Under the pieces are notes generated by a model. The model made no database searches and was not told where the DNA came from. It saw only the letters and a program-made list of their open reading frames with translations. A program made the position numbers and the translations under genes. A stretch of DNA of 60,104 nt, filler included, from Sphacelaria rigidula (Eukaryota), in assembly GCA_964200075.2 (NCBI GenBank). It is 6 parts of 6 records of this genome, joined end to end, with 100 filler letters (N's around TTAATTAATTAA, not from the genome) between each part and the next. Parts side by side here need not be neighbours in the genome. Positions count along the whole stretch, not along the records: positions 1 to 9,935 come from CAXNAA020007457.1; positions 10,036 to 19,970 come from CAXNAA020007458.1; 4 more parts are not named here. One strand, written 5' to 3'. Positions within the stretch are counted from its first letter, which is position 1; the number at the start of each line of letters is the position of its first letter. Positions 1-12,427 of the stretch are shown here, piece by piece.

Positions 1-215
1 GGGGGACTCATGATCTTGAATAACGTTTTCATCAGACCGTTGACTTCGCATCTCTACAAAGCCGGGACGGAGCACGCCGGGTTTTCGCCGGACCAGGCCC
101 GCAATCAATCACCAAGCGCGAAGCGCCGTGACGTGTATGGCGAGTCGCATGAAGGGTGAGTGCATCCTGCTGAGCTTTTCGGCCCGAAGCGTACTGATTA
201 TCATCATATGCGCAC

Positions 216-2396
216 CTCCTGGTTCAAACCCGCGACCACGGCCACTGCCAGCAGAGTCAAGACGTTCACGTCGTTCTTGCCCTCAATGCCGAACCAATAC
301 ACGCTGAGCAACAGAGACACAACGCCAAGCGAGGCGTCGGTGAAGCTGTAATTGCTCAGCAAGTCTTGCAGCTGATCCTGTTCCGAAGGGAGAGCTTCCC
401 CCAATTCCACCCCGAGCAACCCTCCCTTGCGGTTGATGAATCCACTGCTACCGCGACTGCTGCCGCGGCCGCTACCTCTGCGGCGGTACAACGGGGCCGA
501 GGGGGGGGGAGGGGGGCAGGAGCATGAACAAAAACACAATCAGCAGGAAGACAGACAAGCTATAATAGGGGCTGGACTAACCCAATTTCAGCCGAAAAAA
601 TAAGCGCAGATTTCGAGACGAGGCGAGCAATATTGATGAGGCGAATACGGTCAAGCTTACGTGCCACCGCGTGCTGTGTGCGCCGTGTTGTGGGCACCCA
701 CACGCGCATCTACACCCACACAACAGATATACAAGCTATTAATAGAGCAAGAAACACACACACAAAATATTAGAAAAAATACTCACGTGGCGACGGTGTG
801 CTCGACGACCTCACAGACCAAGTAGGCTTGCACCAGACGGTTCATTGAGGTTTCGTTGGGGCACACGACAAGATTTCCCGCGCGCCTGCGGTTCCTCGCC
901 CAGAACAAAAAGATTTCCGGCATATCTCGCCACGCCGCCGCCTCATCCCCCCCCTTTTTCAAGTCCGTGGCGACTTCCACGACATCGTCGCTCCCGGGCG
1001 CTGCACCTACAGCCACCGGCTCCGCCGTGGGCGCCTCACTGGCGGCAGGGTCACAACTTTTCATTTCCACCCCACCGGATTCTATGTCTCTCGCTTCCGC
1101 GGCGGTAGTGGCATCAACTTTTGCAGGTTCTGCTAGCGGCGCCACCGCCGTGCTAAGGGCCTCGGAATCCTTTGCGACCTCCGTGCTGGTAGGTGGCTGC
1201 AGCACCTTGGCATCTGGCTTCGCGGCGCCCGTTTCTGATGTTGACAGCGGTGCCGGATTTTCCTCCGAAGTCCGTTTCAGGATGATGGCTTTTTGGGACA
1301 AAGCATACTGCCCCTTGGACAACTGTACATCTCCCCTCACGATGGATTGCTCGCTCTCCTGTGTATGTGGGGAGGGCGGGGTATATGGAGGGGGGGGTGC
1401 AAATGAACAAAAAAAAAACAGGGAAAGCACGGAACAGAAACAAGTTTGTTGTTGTACGATTCGTACGAGGACCGGGGTGCCTTTTCAGGATCTCGTTCAC
1501 CATTATTTTCTCACTGTAAAAAGTGTGAAGCGTCTTGGTGCGGACATGTAGACAGACAGTAGTACCACGCACCACGACGCATATGTAGGTGAAAATTGAA
1601 TACGATACGAGTATAACACAGGTATCTCGACCTCGAGATTCACGAAATCTTTATCCGCAAATTACTGTGAAATACACAGGGAATCTCGAGTTCGAGAAAC
1701 CTCTAATACTACATACATAAACGTGCTTCCACTTCCTTGCTCTGTTCGTACGGTCTTACCTGAAGTCCTGGCAAGGGTCGGGGCCCATTTCTCTTGTATT
1801 TTTTTTTCGGAGGGCAGTGATGCTACCTCTTGGGCAGGCGTGTGTATCCGTTTGCCATGTTTGTGTTGTCCTTTCTTTGTCACTTTCTTCTTCAGATTGA
1901 CCCTTTCCTCGAGGTTTCCTCAGGGAATAGTATCTCCATTTGTTTTGGCATTGGTGCACCCATCATTCATGATCACGGCTGAAGTCTTGGCGGGTGAATT
2001 AAGGTGCGCACATCACGTGGCCACTGGATAATTCATTTTGCTGTTAGTATGCATAGCATCTCCCAATAACTTGACCCTTACACCGCGATGGGGGTAGTCC
2101 ATCTGGATCACACATACTTTTTTCAAGTGAAATTGATGCCGATTCAGCAGGTGACCTAACCTCGCGGTCAAAGGATCAACAGAATGGTCGTGCTTACGAG
2201 GGCACTGAAAAAAAAGGCTCACCGTGAACGTGTTGGCCTCTACTACCCGCACTTGAGCAATCGGGGGGTTCAAGAGCATGATGGCATCGTTCAACAATGC
2301 GAGGTCGTCGTCATTTAGCTGCGGTAGCCCAAGCTCGCTCCCGAACTGCTCTTCCAAGGCGATCGTCAGGCCTGGGAGGCCGTTGTACGTTACCAC
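216..2396 (-). CDS. Internal exons of an unknown protein with a low-complexity middle and a hydrophobic, possibly membrane-spanning segment (partial gene)
   Basis: Exons 2396-2223 (VVTYNGLPGL...EANTFT, phase 0/0), 1358-787 (ESEQSIVRG...EHTVA, phase 0/2) and 477-216 (GSGRG...LGVVSLLLSVYWFG...LTLLAVAVVAGLNQE, phase 2/0). All have cag acceptors and gt donors and join in one open frame. No family recognised. The gene continues beyond the contig start. Confidence 0.7.
1621..1702. mobile_element. Short MITE-like inverted-repeat element, related to the copy at ~2478-2562
   Basis: Arms ggtatctcgacctcgagattc and gaatctcgagttcgagaaacc are imperfect reverse complements. Confidence 0.5.
2075..2175. mobile_element. 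~100-bp piggyBac-like MITE, intact copy
   Basis: TTGA-CCCTTACACCGCGA ... TCGCGGTCAAAGGA-TCAA termini. The core gggtagtccatctggatca...gtgaaattgatgccgattcag recurs at 11615-12427 and 20617-21638. Confidence 0.7.
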
Positions 2397-2477
2397 CTGC
2401 AGCACCGAAGGCACACAGCAGTCGACAAGATATTGGGTAGACACGGAGTTGGAATTCGATCGTGTCGACAACGTATA

Positions 2478-2562
2478 GATATCTCAAACTTGAGGTTTCC
2501 CGCATGAATGAAACAGTATTTGACCTGTGAACATGTATCGGGAACCTCGAGTTTGAGATACC
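2478..2562. mobile_element. Short MITE-like inverted-repeat element, inverted relative of 1621-1702
   Basis: Arms atatctcaaacttgaggtttccc and gggaacctcgagtttgagatac. The interior resembles the reverse complement of the 1621 copy. Confidence 0.5.
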
Positions 2563-3222
2563 TCTGCTGAGTACATGTTCTACTATTTCACATACACTCA
2601 ACGTATAACAGTATCATACCAACCGACTTCGAATTGCCCGGCGTGTCGCCCAAGGTGAAACAATATATTCGGGAAAATAGTGCACTCTCACTGTTGGAAT
2701 CCATATCAAGAGTCCAGGGAGACTCTGGAGCCACTTTCGGCGACCATGTTCGATTCTGCCTCGAACTGTAGTCGAAACCAGGGCCATGTATACCATTACA
2801 ATGTGGCACTGCTATGCAGCAACATTGGTGAAGATGACAATACATCAGTATGAAACCCCACGTATGAGCTTAGCTCTCAGCCGAGGGAACTGTGAATACC
2901 TCGAGCCCGTGACTGTCCAGCTCCTGAAAACATGCCTACTTATCAGTGATCCCTGGTCCACAGCGGTACTATGTCGTATGTATAGGCTTACCCAAACGCT
3001 ACCGATGCAAGCACATGGCGTAGTACACCCACCATGTGCACCGAAACACACACGCACCTCTGGTTGCGGCTCGTCGTCAGAATGAGTAGACATGTCCGGT
3101 AACGCAATGCACTGAGTGTCTGTGGGCTGCAACACCAGGGGCACACTTCAACCAGTGGCCCTCCAGTCTTTTTTTTCGAATCCGTCAAACCTCCAAAGAA
3201 CGCGAACGCGAAAAAGTGGCAC

Positions 3223-3947
3223 CTGCATGTACGCGGTGAGAACAGAACAGCCCCGGAGAACAAGGGTGACGACCGAACGGTCCACTGGTTGTGAATGCAG
3301 GAAAAGATGCAGCAGCAAGCGTGGGGGCTGGGGATGAGAACGTCATGAAAATTCCACGCGCATACCTGTACGGGGGACTGCAACCTGGAACACAGATTGA
3401 TGTTTCCATCTATAAGGAGTTTTTTCGAGTCTAAAGAAACTGCATTTCTGCATTTTTTGGTAGTTCACCGATCTGCACCTATCAGATTTGAACTGTGTGG
3501 TGACATCATTTCCCCACAGCGCCTTACCCCCCCTCGCCCGCTGGCCCCGATGCGATTGTTACAGAGGAAACACGATATGAGGACACAAGAACTGCTAGTC
3601 GTTAAAGGCCCGCTCCCTATCTCACTTCTGCATTCCGCCCAGTCCATCTCCCCGACCGAACGTGTGGTCAGACCCAATGAGACGGGCGGGGCGCGAACCG
3701 ATAAATTCTCGGCTGTCCAACAACAGTCCAAGGCCCTCAAAAAGAAGTGTTTTCTCCAGCAGAGCAATCGGTGTCTGTCGTAAAACTAGACACTGCAAAA
3801 TGCGAGCATGAAAAACTGTAGTGTCGCGGCGTCGCGGAGCAAGGTAAAACTTGCCCATGCAATCATCTCCATCACTTGGCTTCGAGTGAAGGTCATTGGT
3901 GCCTCGAGGGACAACTCGGAATTTTGGCGTGGCCGTAACAGGGGACC
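3223..3947 (-). CDS. Tentative upstream exons of the same unknown gene
   Basis: Candidate exons 3947-3855 (GPLLRPRQ...MEMIAW, cag acceptor, GC-type donor gcaagt) and 3327-3223 (PPRLLLHLF...TAYMQ, cag/gt). Both are phase 0/0 and compatible with the exon at 2396. Alternative parses exist. Confidence 0.35.
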
Positions 3948-5732
3948 CTGTACCACAGTCAAACGGCTGTGTTGAGTTTTTAGAGAAACTACCGTTGTAT
4001 TACACACGCCCGACGATGGTGCAATGCTGCAGCACAACGGCAGCTGCGCACTGCGCATGCCCACCTTGAAAAGGACGGCTACTGGGTATTGTTTGCACTG
4101 CGGTACTGCATTGTATACGCGGTTTCACCTGTGTGTTTCCAGCGAGATAGTTCCTGTATGCTCGGCTGCGAATGGATTGACCCAGGCAGTGGAGCACGAT
4201 ATCTGTTGCACTGCAAGTAAAGAATGGCAAATAACACTTTGATGTCGAAGAACATTCCTATAAAATTCAAAAGTTCAAAATCTTTGCAAAATGACAAAAA
4301 GGCTACACGCTTAATTCATTCAACGGACGGAGAGAAAAAAGTCTACAAGCACCAGGACTGTCTGTAATCTTGTCTTTGGTACCCATGGTAGACTACCGGG
4401 TACATATATATGTTCACTAGCGTTCATCGCTTATAGAGTCGACTATTACATGTTTGTTGGGATGAATTGTTTAACATTATTCTCCACTGCGCAGTACTGT
4501 GGTGATTGGTGTTGATTACAGTGCATGGCATCGTAGACGAAAAATTGGATATTCTAAAGAAAACGGGAATTAACTTTCTTCATGGGAACGGAATTAATAA
4601 AAAAAAATCCATGGTGTTCGGAATTGTGGGGGGAAAGTCTACCCCCCAAAGGCACCTTTGACGGAACTATTACAATTATTGGCGTTGATTGCTTCGATGG
4701 GGTTCGAATGATACCCCGCGCTGGGACCTTCGCAGTTCCAGGAAAACTGGAGACCCCCGAAAAAGTGGTTTTGAGCCCTCAGTGCCCTCGAAGTCACTCC
4801 GTCGATGGGTAGTACCATTCACAACAAACCCGAACATCATCGGAAATAAATCGTTCCCGTGACGAAGATCCGTTCTCCGTATTATTATTATTCAGAGTCT
4901 CGTGTTGAAATATGTCTAGAGGCATGCAGCTCGACTGGCGCGACAACATTTTTAACCACACAATATTATTATTACTGGAGTAGAGTATATTGGGACGAAT
5001 CACCACCTACAGTATTATTATAGGTGAGTGCGGAGTCTGAAATATTTTCTGTATACACAAAAATGATGAGTCAAAGAGCATCAGCTCAACCGGCGAACAA
5101 GTGACACATCGGCCACGAGCAACACATGGACACGTGTCTTTCGCTTGGTTCACATCATCCCTCAACACCGTGACAATGGGCATTTGCTGTTGCTGTACAT
5201 GGGGCAAGAGCATCATCGATAGGAAAGGGAGATGAAAAAAAGAAAGCCCCCGGAGCGTCCAAATTTGAAAAGGGGGGAGGGGAGGGCTAGCTAGCCACCA
5301 CTCGAGTTTGCAGTTTAATTACCAACAAAATATCCTTCATTTCGACACCCATCGGTTAGCAACTGCATTATGGTGTCGGACGCGAGTCACTTGATTTCAG
5401 TATGTTCAACACTACTGCGGAGCACTTGCTTTCAATGAAAATATCAAAGCTCTTGAACTCAGTTTTTCCGACGAGGACGATGAGAACCGGGAGGAATGCC
5501 ACAAAATTATAAGGGCTGCCGGATTATATGTACCTGAAAAAGCTCTCACCATTGACCGCGAGGGCTTCACCAGCTTTTAAAGAATGTTTCCAAGCGCCAG
5601 ACGATCTCATCAGCTCACTTTTGTGACGTTAAACCGTGTGTAGTTGGCATGTCGATCATTCGAGCACAGGATATTTAGGCGAGTGTGTAGGAGGACGCGA
5701 GAAGTTGTCGACGAAAGTTGGACGGCAGGGCA

Positions 5733-5787
5733 GGGGGCGGGGGCGTACTCATTTGTTGCTTGCCTTAGTCATTTGACCATTGACCAC
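5733..5787 (+). repeat. Short dispersed repeat (G-run + CGTACTCATTTGTTGCTTGCCTTAGTCRTTTGACCATTGAC)
   Basis: Other copies at 9889-9935 (+), 27146-27174 (+), 52096-52150 (-, one mismatch in 55 nt), 53022-53073 (+) and ~57228-57265 (-). Confidence 0.85.
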
Positions 5788-7426
5788 GCATCCCTTTCGA
5801 GACGGAGCACGTGGGGGGGAAGTGACATTATTTCCATTCTGATGATCCCTTGCCGACAGCATGCGTTCACCTTGAAACATTATATTCACATCTAGCAGGA
5901 AACTCCGATCCAACAAATACAGATGGCACAAGTGTGGCACGACATGATAATGCATGTAAAACCCGCAACCCCCAATGTACGAACTTACATACACGACAGG
6001 GATTTTCAGAGGTACGGAAACACGCGTAAAAACTCCACAAGCCAGCGAATGAACGTCCTACAAAAACAAGGAACTCCGTGGCGATGAGCAACTCCGTGCT
6101 GCGCACGCATAGTGTACGTAACGCAAATAAACAAAACATGCCGAACAGTGCACCTAGGCGAAAACAACGTTGGGGACCGATGTCCAAACGAAAACACGCA
6201 GACACACACCTTCATCACCTCACGAATAACAACTATTTCGACAACGTCTACATATCATTCCTCTTACATTCTCATCTTCTTCGTCAGACCGTGAGGCTAA
6301 GCGTACGAATACCACTACTGCACTACTGCTACTACTACTACTCTTATCTTCTTCGTGAGCAAAAAAGCAGAAATGCCCCATTCTGGACGTGTGAAGATTT
6401 CGAGCTGCACCCCGATCTCAAAGCAAGTACAGCGAAAAAACAAAAGGCAGGTGAAAACCACAACCGTACCGGAGGACAAGGATATACTCCTTCGTTCTCC
6501 TTTTTCTCGCGATGAAACACTCCAATTTTTCGTATCATACGTACATGGGTATATATACCAGGCGCTACAAATCGGGCAAGCACCACCTCCCGTGTCCACT
6601 AGTCCATTCCATGAACTGCAGCCAATCCCCATGCAACCTCTTGGCACCCTTGCTTCCGCTCTCCGACCACTACAGCTATCTACGCCACTACAACTATCTA
6701 CCTATGCGTCGGGGAGAGCGGGGGCGGAGGCGGAAGCGGCGGGGGGGGGGGGCAGAAAACGTGAGCAGGAAATTCCGCCGCGGTCAAATCTCGATACGGC
6801 GTACCTTGAGCCAGAAAAAAAGTAACAGTAACAAGACTTCCACTTCGTCCAGTACAACGGTGTGCACCTACCGATTCCGGGTAGCACAAGAAAAGTGACA
6901 GCGATTCTACGCGTACAATGCTCAGTCACGACCGGAGCAAAGAAAAGAGAAAAAAAAGTACTTCAACAGCACATGTCCTCAAGTGCCCTCGCCCCAACAT
7001 CAAGAGTAAAATTCTACGTCACTGCCCACACAAAACCTCGATGATGTTCTTGTCTGAGGCGGGCATTGCAGCACAAGAGCCCGCTACTGTACATGGAGTG
7101 GCCAGCACCGACCCCGAGGGGCTACTACCGCAATGTTGCGTAACAGCATACTGTACACATGCCGGGTAAACGCTGTGCGAAACTAAAATCGCCGCAATTT
7201 TTGGCGCGCACACTGTAGACACGACGACCTCGGCGCAGAGAGATAACAGGGGCAGTCAACATGGGTGACAAGCAAGGACCCTGCCGACAACCCCTTGCCA
7301 CGGCATGAACCAGTTGGCGTGCTCTTTGGAGACGCGGCGGTCTCCAAGCTTGCAGCCTTTGAAAGTCGGAACATCGCGGACTGGCTTTCCGTTACGACCG
7401 AGGTCTTCGCGCGCTGAATAATTCGA

Positions 7427-8738
7427 TCAGCTGATAACCGTCCGGACCTTGCCAATACCCTTGGCACGCCCCTCGCGGAAGAGGAAAGTGCTTCCCAGCA
7501 CCATGTACTCGCTGTAGTACTGCAGTGCGAACAGCCACGAGAAGGAGAGGGTGTAGGTAGGGGAAACGCAGGAGCGTGGGGACTGAGAGGGGAGGGGGGG
7601 GGGGGGGGGCAACGGGTGTCAGGGTGCCGACCGACACTTTCGAAAATGACGATTACAGCCGTGGTAACCGACAAAACCAAAACATGCATCGTCACGTCAA
7701 AAGAGAACACCGAATGAACTTCCACCAGAATCGCACCGGCAGCATGAGCAGAGTCCAAACGAATACGCGGCATATGTAAAAAGGTGAAACAACTAAGCTA
7801 CCCATGAAAAACCAGAACGCGCAGCTGCGTGTGGCATCGATGGAACCAAAACAAGAAACCAAACTCATTCAATATGGGCGAGAATCAACAAGGTTACAAC
7901 TCACCATGAAGCGGAAGCGGACCGTGGCGGTCTGACCCGTTCGCAGCGCCTCCACTCCCGACTCGGTACCCGTCATGGACAGGATCGCCGCCGCCTGTCG
8001 TACTACCCCGCAGTGAATGACAGGTTGGTAGCCCGGAGCGACAGTGGTGGAATGGTGGAGGATGACTACGTCTGCCTCGAACTCACGTATTGCTCTTGGG
8101 TTGTCGTAGCCGTCGATTGCTACCATACCCTGGGGAAATGGCAGTGGGGGGCGGGGGAGGTGGTATGCAGAAGAAGTGTGTATATGGGTCAATAACTTTT
8201 TATTCGTGGGTGCTGGTAACAGCAAGATTTACTTTCGAACCAAGACGGTATTCCTACGGTGTTGCTGAAAAAAAGGATCATAGTATGCGACACAGATGGG
8301 TGTACCAGAACGGTGACCATGCTGAAAAACAAAAAACATGATTGAACGCAATTCGAGGGTAACCTGCAGCGCACACGAGCGACTTATAGCAATCATTATT
8401 TCTGTTCTTGGCATGATTTTACCACGCTTCTACTGTAGGCGTACTCTGCTGAACTCAAAGCCTCCTCGGCATGTCGACAGGGAAAACTACGCCTTGCACG
8501 AATAATCCACCACACGTTTTTTTTTTTTTTTACACTTGATGTTCCTCGGGAAAGATTGATAAAACGACAAAACAAGATATCAAAAAAGCATGACAACACA
8601 TCAACTTCTCGCTCTCACCTTGCGGAACGTTGACCTGCGCAGCGCAACCCGACGGTTGAGCGAGCGGACGGCAAAGGTGGCGCTCTGGCCCTCCCCTACC
8701 TCGCGCACGCTCTGGCGCTTGCACTCGATACTCCGCAC
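7427..8738 (-). CDS. GTPBP1: GTP-binding protein 1/2 family translational GTPase (EF-1A-related), last three exons
   Basis: Exons 8738-8619 (VRSIECKRQSVREVGEGQSATFAVR...FRK), 8129-7905 (GMV...EFEADVVILHHSTTVAPGYQPVIHCGVVRQAA...LRTGQTATVRFRFM) and 7519-7427 (YYSEY...FLFREGRAKGIGKV...stop). All phase 0 with canonical sites. Motifs match GTPBP1/2 domains II-III. GTPBP1 versus GTPBP2 is not certain. The G domain is off-contig. Confidence 0.9.
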
Positions 8739-9071
8739 CTGGAAAGAGGCCAGAGGAAGAACGGAACACACACGCGTGACGGGAAAGGGGGGAAGGGGAA
8801 AGGGAAAGGGTGGCGGGTCATGTCATGAGGACATCCTGTGAGAGCGAAGTATTGTGCGTGACGGAACACCAGTTTTCACCACACGGTCAAACAAAAGTAA
8901 CCACAAGATACTTCAACTCCCTTTCTTGAAGAAATAAATGATCCAGTCGACAGAGGGTACTTGTATCTCTACGTGCATCAGTTTTGACAAGTGATTTTGG
9001 ATAAAGAAGGTCACACGGCTGTCAATTTCCTAATTTTTTTCGTACTTCCTTCCGCCAGAACGCGTCATTTC

Positions 9072-9180
9072 CACACCCTGGACAACAGACTAGACAGTCA
9101 AAAGTGTACTGCATACAGTATCGACTATTGCGCCTATTGCAATAGACAATATGCTCCATACTGTATGCAGTACATTTCTC
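9072..9180. mobile_element. Partial MITE, same family as 55545-55681
   Basis: cacaccctggacaa...cagtcaaaagtgtactgcatacagtatcgactattgcgcctattgcaata matches the reverse complement of ~55615-55681. Confidence 0.7.
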
Positions 9181-9760
9181 AGACCGTGTACGCAAGAAAA
9201 GAGCTACGAAGGCACCCGAGATTGATACTTCCGGAGGGAGTTCGCAATACTCACATTGGTGCGTCAGTACAGACAGGGTACGAAGCAGCTCAGGCAATGT
9301 AGTTCGCTTCCTAAAAGAGCGCACCTGGCTGTAGCGTTACACACTCCGTACAGTGAACTTTGAAACGACCCCCCCCTCCCCCCCCCAGCTGGTAGCATAC
9401 GGTGACAGTGGTGCTTGGTGCCTCACGTCATCCACATATGAGCTGTGGAGAAAAGTGGGAAATGCAGACTGCATTTTTTGGGGGGGGGAAATATATCTCT
9501 CTTGAGCGCTTTTTCAACACCTCATCAGCACTGCTTGCCTGTGCCATTACCCGATTATTTTCATGTCCGCACTGTTAGAACGCCTCCCCGTCCCGGTGGT
9601 CGAAATTGTACATCTGAAACTACTTCTTACGGTAAAGCGGAAAATTGTGGGCTAGATTACTGACGGATATAGGTGCAGTGTCTTTTATTTTTCTTCGATG
9701 AGAAATATCTCACTTCCGTTTGTCGAAAACTCGAGGACTTCAGCATCAAAGTAGAATCAA

Positions 9761-9880
9761 TTTGACAAGAGTTGACGCGGCGCGGGAGTACTGATCCAGT
9801 CCGCGATGCCAAATTTTGAGGCGTGTGCCAGGGGAGATATGGGTTGATCCCTTGAGATCACCGTGTATGCATCCCGACGA
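9761..9880 (+). repeat. ~130-bp dispersed repeat
   Basis: tttgacaagagttgacgcgg...gatatgggttgatcccttgaga is similar to ~44590-44717, ~53978-54119 and a partial copy at ~54411-54458. Confidence 0.7.
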
Positions 9881-9935
9881 GGAGGGGCGGGGGGGGGGCT
9901 CATTTGTCGCTTGCCTAAGTCGTTTGACCACTGAC

Positions 9936-10035
9936 NNNNNNNNNNNNNNNNNNNNNNNNNNNNNNNNNNNNNNNNNNNNTTAATTAATTAANNNNNNNNN
10001 NNNNNNNNNNNNNNNNNNNNNNNNNNNNNNNNNNN
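9936..10035. other. Artificial contig spacer
   Basis: 44 N + TTAATTAATTAA (stops in all six frames) + 44 N. Confidence 0.99.
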
Positions 10036-11614
10036 CTACAATGAGTTGCTTTATTCTCTGGTATCGCCACTTCCCGAGACAGCCACAGCTTATACCCCCA
10101 GAGAAGGGGGGGGGGGTGAACCCCCCCGATGAGGGTCGTCCTTGTGTCATGCAGTGCTTGTCTTGATACACCTGGTATGCTTTCACGTATGGCTGTCCCT
10201 CGAGAGGTCGACAGATGGAACCTTGCGATTCTTAAGTTTTTGGTTGGTGGTATTTGGGGCCTTGAGTCTCGCCCGTAGTCGGACCCTTGGTTCATTTTTA
10301 CTTGGCATCGCGCGTCGAGTTGGAAAGCCGGGTGCCACCCCCTGAAATCCGAATGGCCACCTGCGGCACCGCATCTTATGAGGTTAGTCATATGTATTAT
10401 CTTTCTTCTTCATCATTTATCCCTGTTTTGATCATGTCGCGTTTTGTGAGTTTTAAACTGGATCTAGTTTGTTCTTCTTGGCTTTGTTTGAATTCCTCAT
10501 AACTTATTATAGGTAGCGTGGCTGTGAACACAGAAGGCGTCCGCATCAGATGCCCAGTACGACTGTACCGCGTAGATATTGGAACGGTTTTTAATGTGAA
10601 GACAACGACAACCGTACTGTCCTACCCTTGTGCTTACCGCATCAGTTGCATACTCAAAAGGCAGCGGAATATCGAATCGAGGTCGAGTATCGTGCGTATT
10701 GTACTTGTTCTGGAATATCGAACAAAATATGGGTGTTGTCTTTCGTCGGGTTTCGTAAAGAATATCGATCGAACTAGGTTCTCGTTTCGATTTTCAACAG
10801 AAAATCGAAGTGATGCTCATGTATTAGTCCAAGAGGCAACGCTGCCTCAGTTGATGACCAATCTTCAGAAAACCAAACATGTGATGAATTGGCTGATTGA
10901 GAAGGACGGTCTGGGCTACCGCGCGTGTCATCGGGCGCAGTGTATCTCGTGACTACGGTGTGAAATGTTAACAACTTCGAGGTGTGCATGGGGGATGTTA
11001 TTCGCCGTAGGTTGCTAACATCCAACGTATTTCTGCACTTTCTCGTTGTGCACTTGCGAATTCGATCGGACCCAAACAGCACGAAACGAACACATTTGCG
11101 CTGAGTCAATTTCGCCATGGTCGTACCTCACGCGAAAGTGCATTTCTGCTTAATTTTCAAGCTTCCCATATGCTCTGCCCCCTCCGTAATTTTCGCCAGT
11201 AGCTGTGCGTGTCTTGTACTAGATGCAACCCAGTGTGTGTGTTCTTTGACTTCTTCCGTCTTCTCCAGGCTAGGTTCAGTGCCAGTAGGTAGGTCAAGAG
11301 AGGAGAGGAGCTACTTTTGACGCTACATGAAAGACAGGAAGACCAGGCAACGCTTCTTTAATTTCCCATCACCACACGCTAAATTGTAGTGCTGATCCTG
11401 CTCCGCCTAGACTTCTACTGTCCACATATATCCAACTCGCTCTTCCGCTGGTGAGCGAACACAACACGCTTGCTTACACGCGTTGAGCATTTAGTTGTGA
11501 CGCGACGCTGAAACTAGCATAACAAGGCGAAAAGGAAATAAAAAAGTAAGGTGAAAACTGAGGCACGTCTACGGGACATTCATCTATCTGAATAGGGCAA
11601 ATGCGTTAAATCAA

Positions 11615-12427
11615 CCCCTAGACCGCGAGGGTAGTCCATCTGGATCATGAATACATTTTCAAAGTGAAATTGACCCTTCGACAGCGACCCCCCCGCAGAT
11701 GGACTGAGTTGGACTACGCCACTTTTGGGGTTCAGAATCATTCTTCTTCACAACACAAAACGCCTTTTTCATAAACATTTGGATATTTGTCATCTGTGAA
11801 GAAAATAGTACCGGAGCACCCTGACCAGTTTTGACCCTGCAGTCAATTGCGTGCAGAGTCGGTATGTAGGTGTGCTGTATGTCTTCACTGAAAACAAGGG
11901 CAAGATACAGTATATGTGTGCCATCGCTCTCCACTGAACACAATTTACTGCATGCTGCTGATGCCTTCACCTCTCATAGTACTCAACAACGTACAAGCTG
12001 GCAGACCACGGGCAGGATGCAAAACAAGTTATTTGTACCCATGTAATCTATGGCTGATTTCCCACGACCAAGATGAGTCGTGGGGTAGACAGCGAATTTG
12101 TCCAATGTACGGTAGTCCACCCGAACCGGAAGCATGTGCTCAATTTTGACGACCGTGGTTGGTCAGAATGGGCATCCCGCGCCTCTCGGGCTTCGTGCGC
12201 GGCTCATAATTTTCCGCGGGAAACTTCCGAACACACACGGTTGACTTGGTGAGCTTGTCGGCTCCTCCGCGGACAGACACCCCCCCCCTTCAAAAACCAC
12301 ACCCCCCGGCCACTGGAAACCCCCGAATGTCTCCGACTGTCAGCCTGTGAAACTGTTCCGAGGCGACGCTCGCTGTCGTAAGGGTTAATGCCGATTCAAG
12401 AGATGGCCTACTCTCGCTATTTGAGGG
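11615..12427. mobile_element. piggyBac-like MITE interrupted by a 711-bp nested element (11674-12384)
   Basis: The outer halves 11615-11673 and 12389-12427 rejoin into the 2075-2175 consensus. The inner element has TIRs CCCTTCGACAGCGA and TCGCTGTCGTAAGGG, flanked by TTGA and TTAA. Confidence 0.75.

Noticed and set aside
856..1551. 231-aa plus-strand ORF
   Set aside because: Antisense shadow of the GC-rich minus-strand exon 787-1358.
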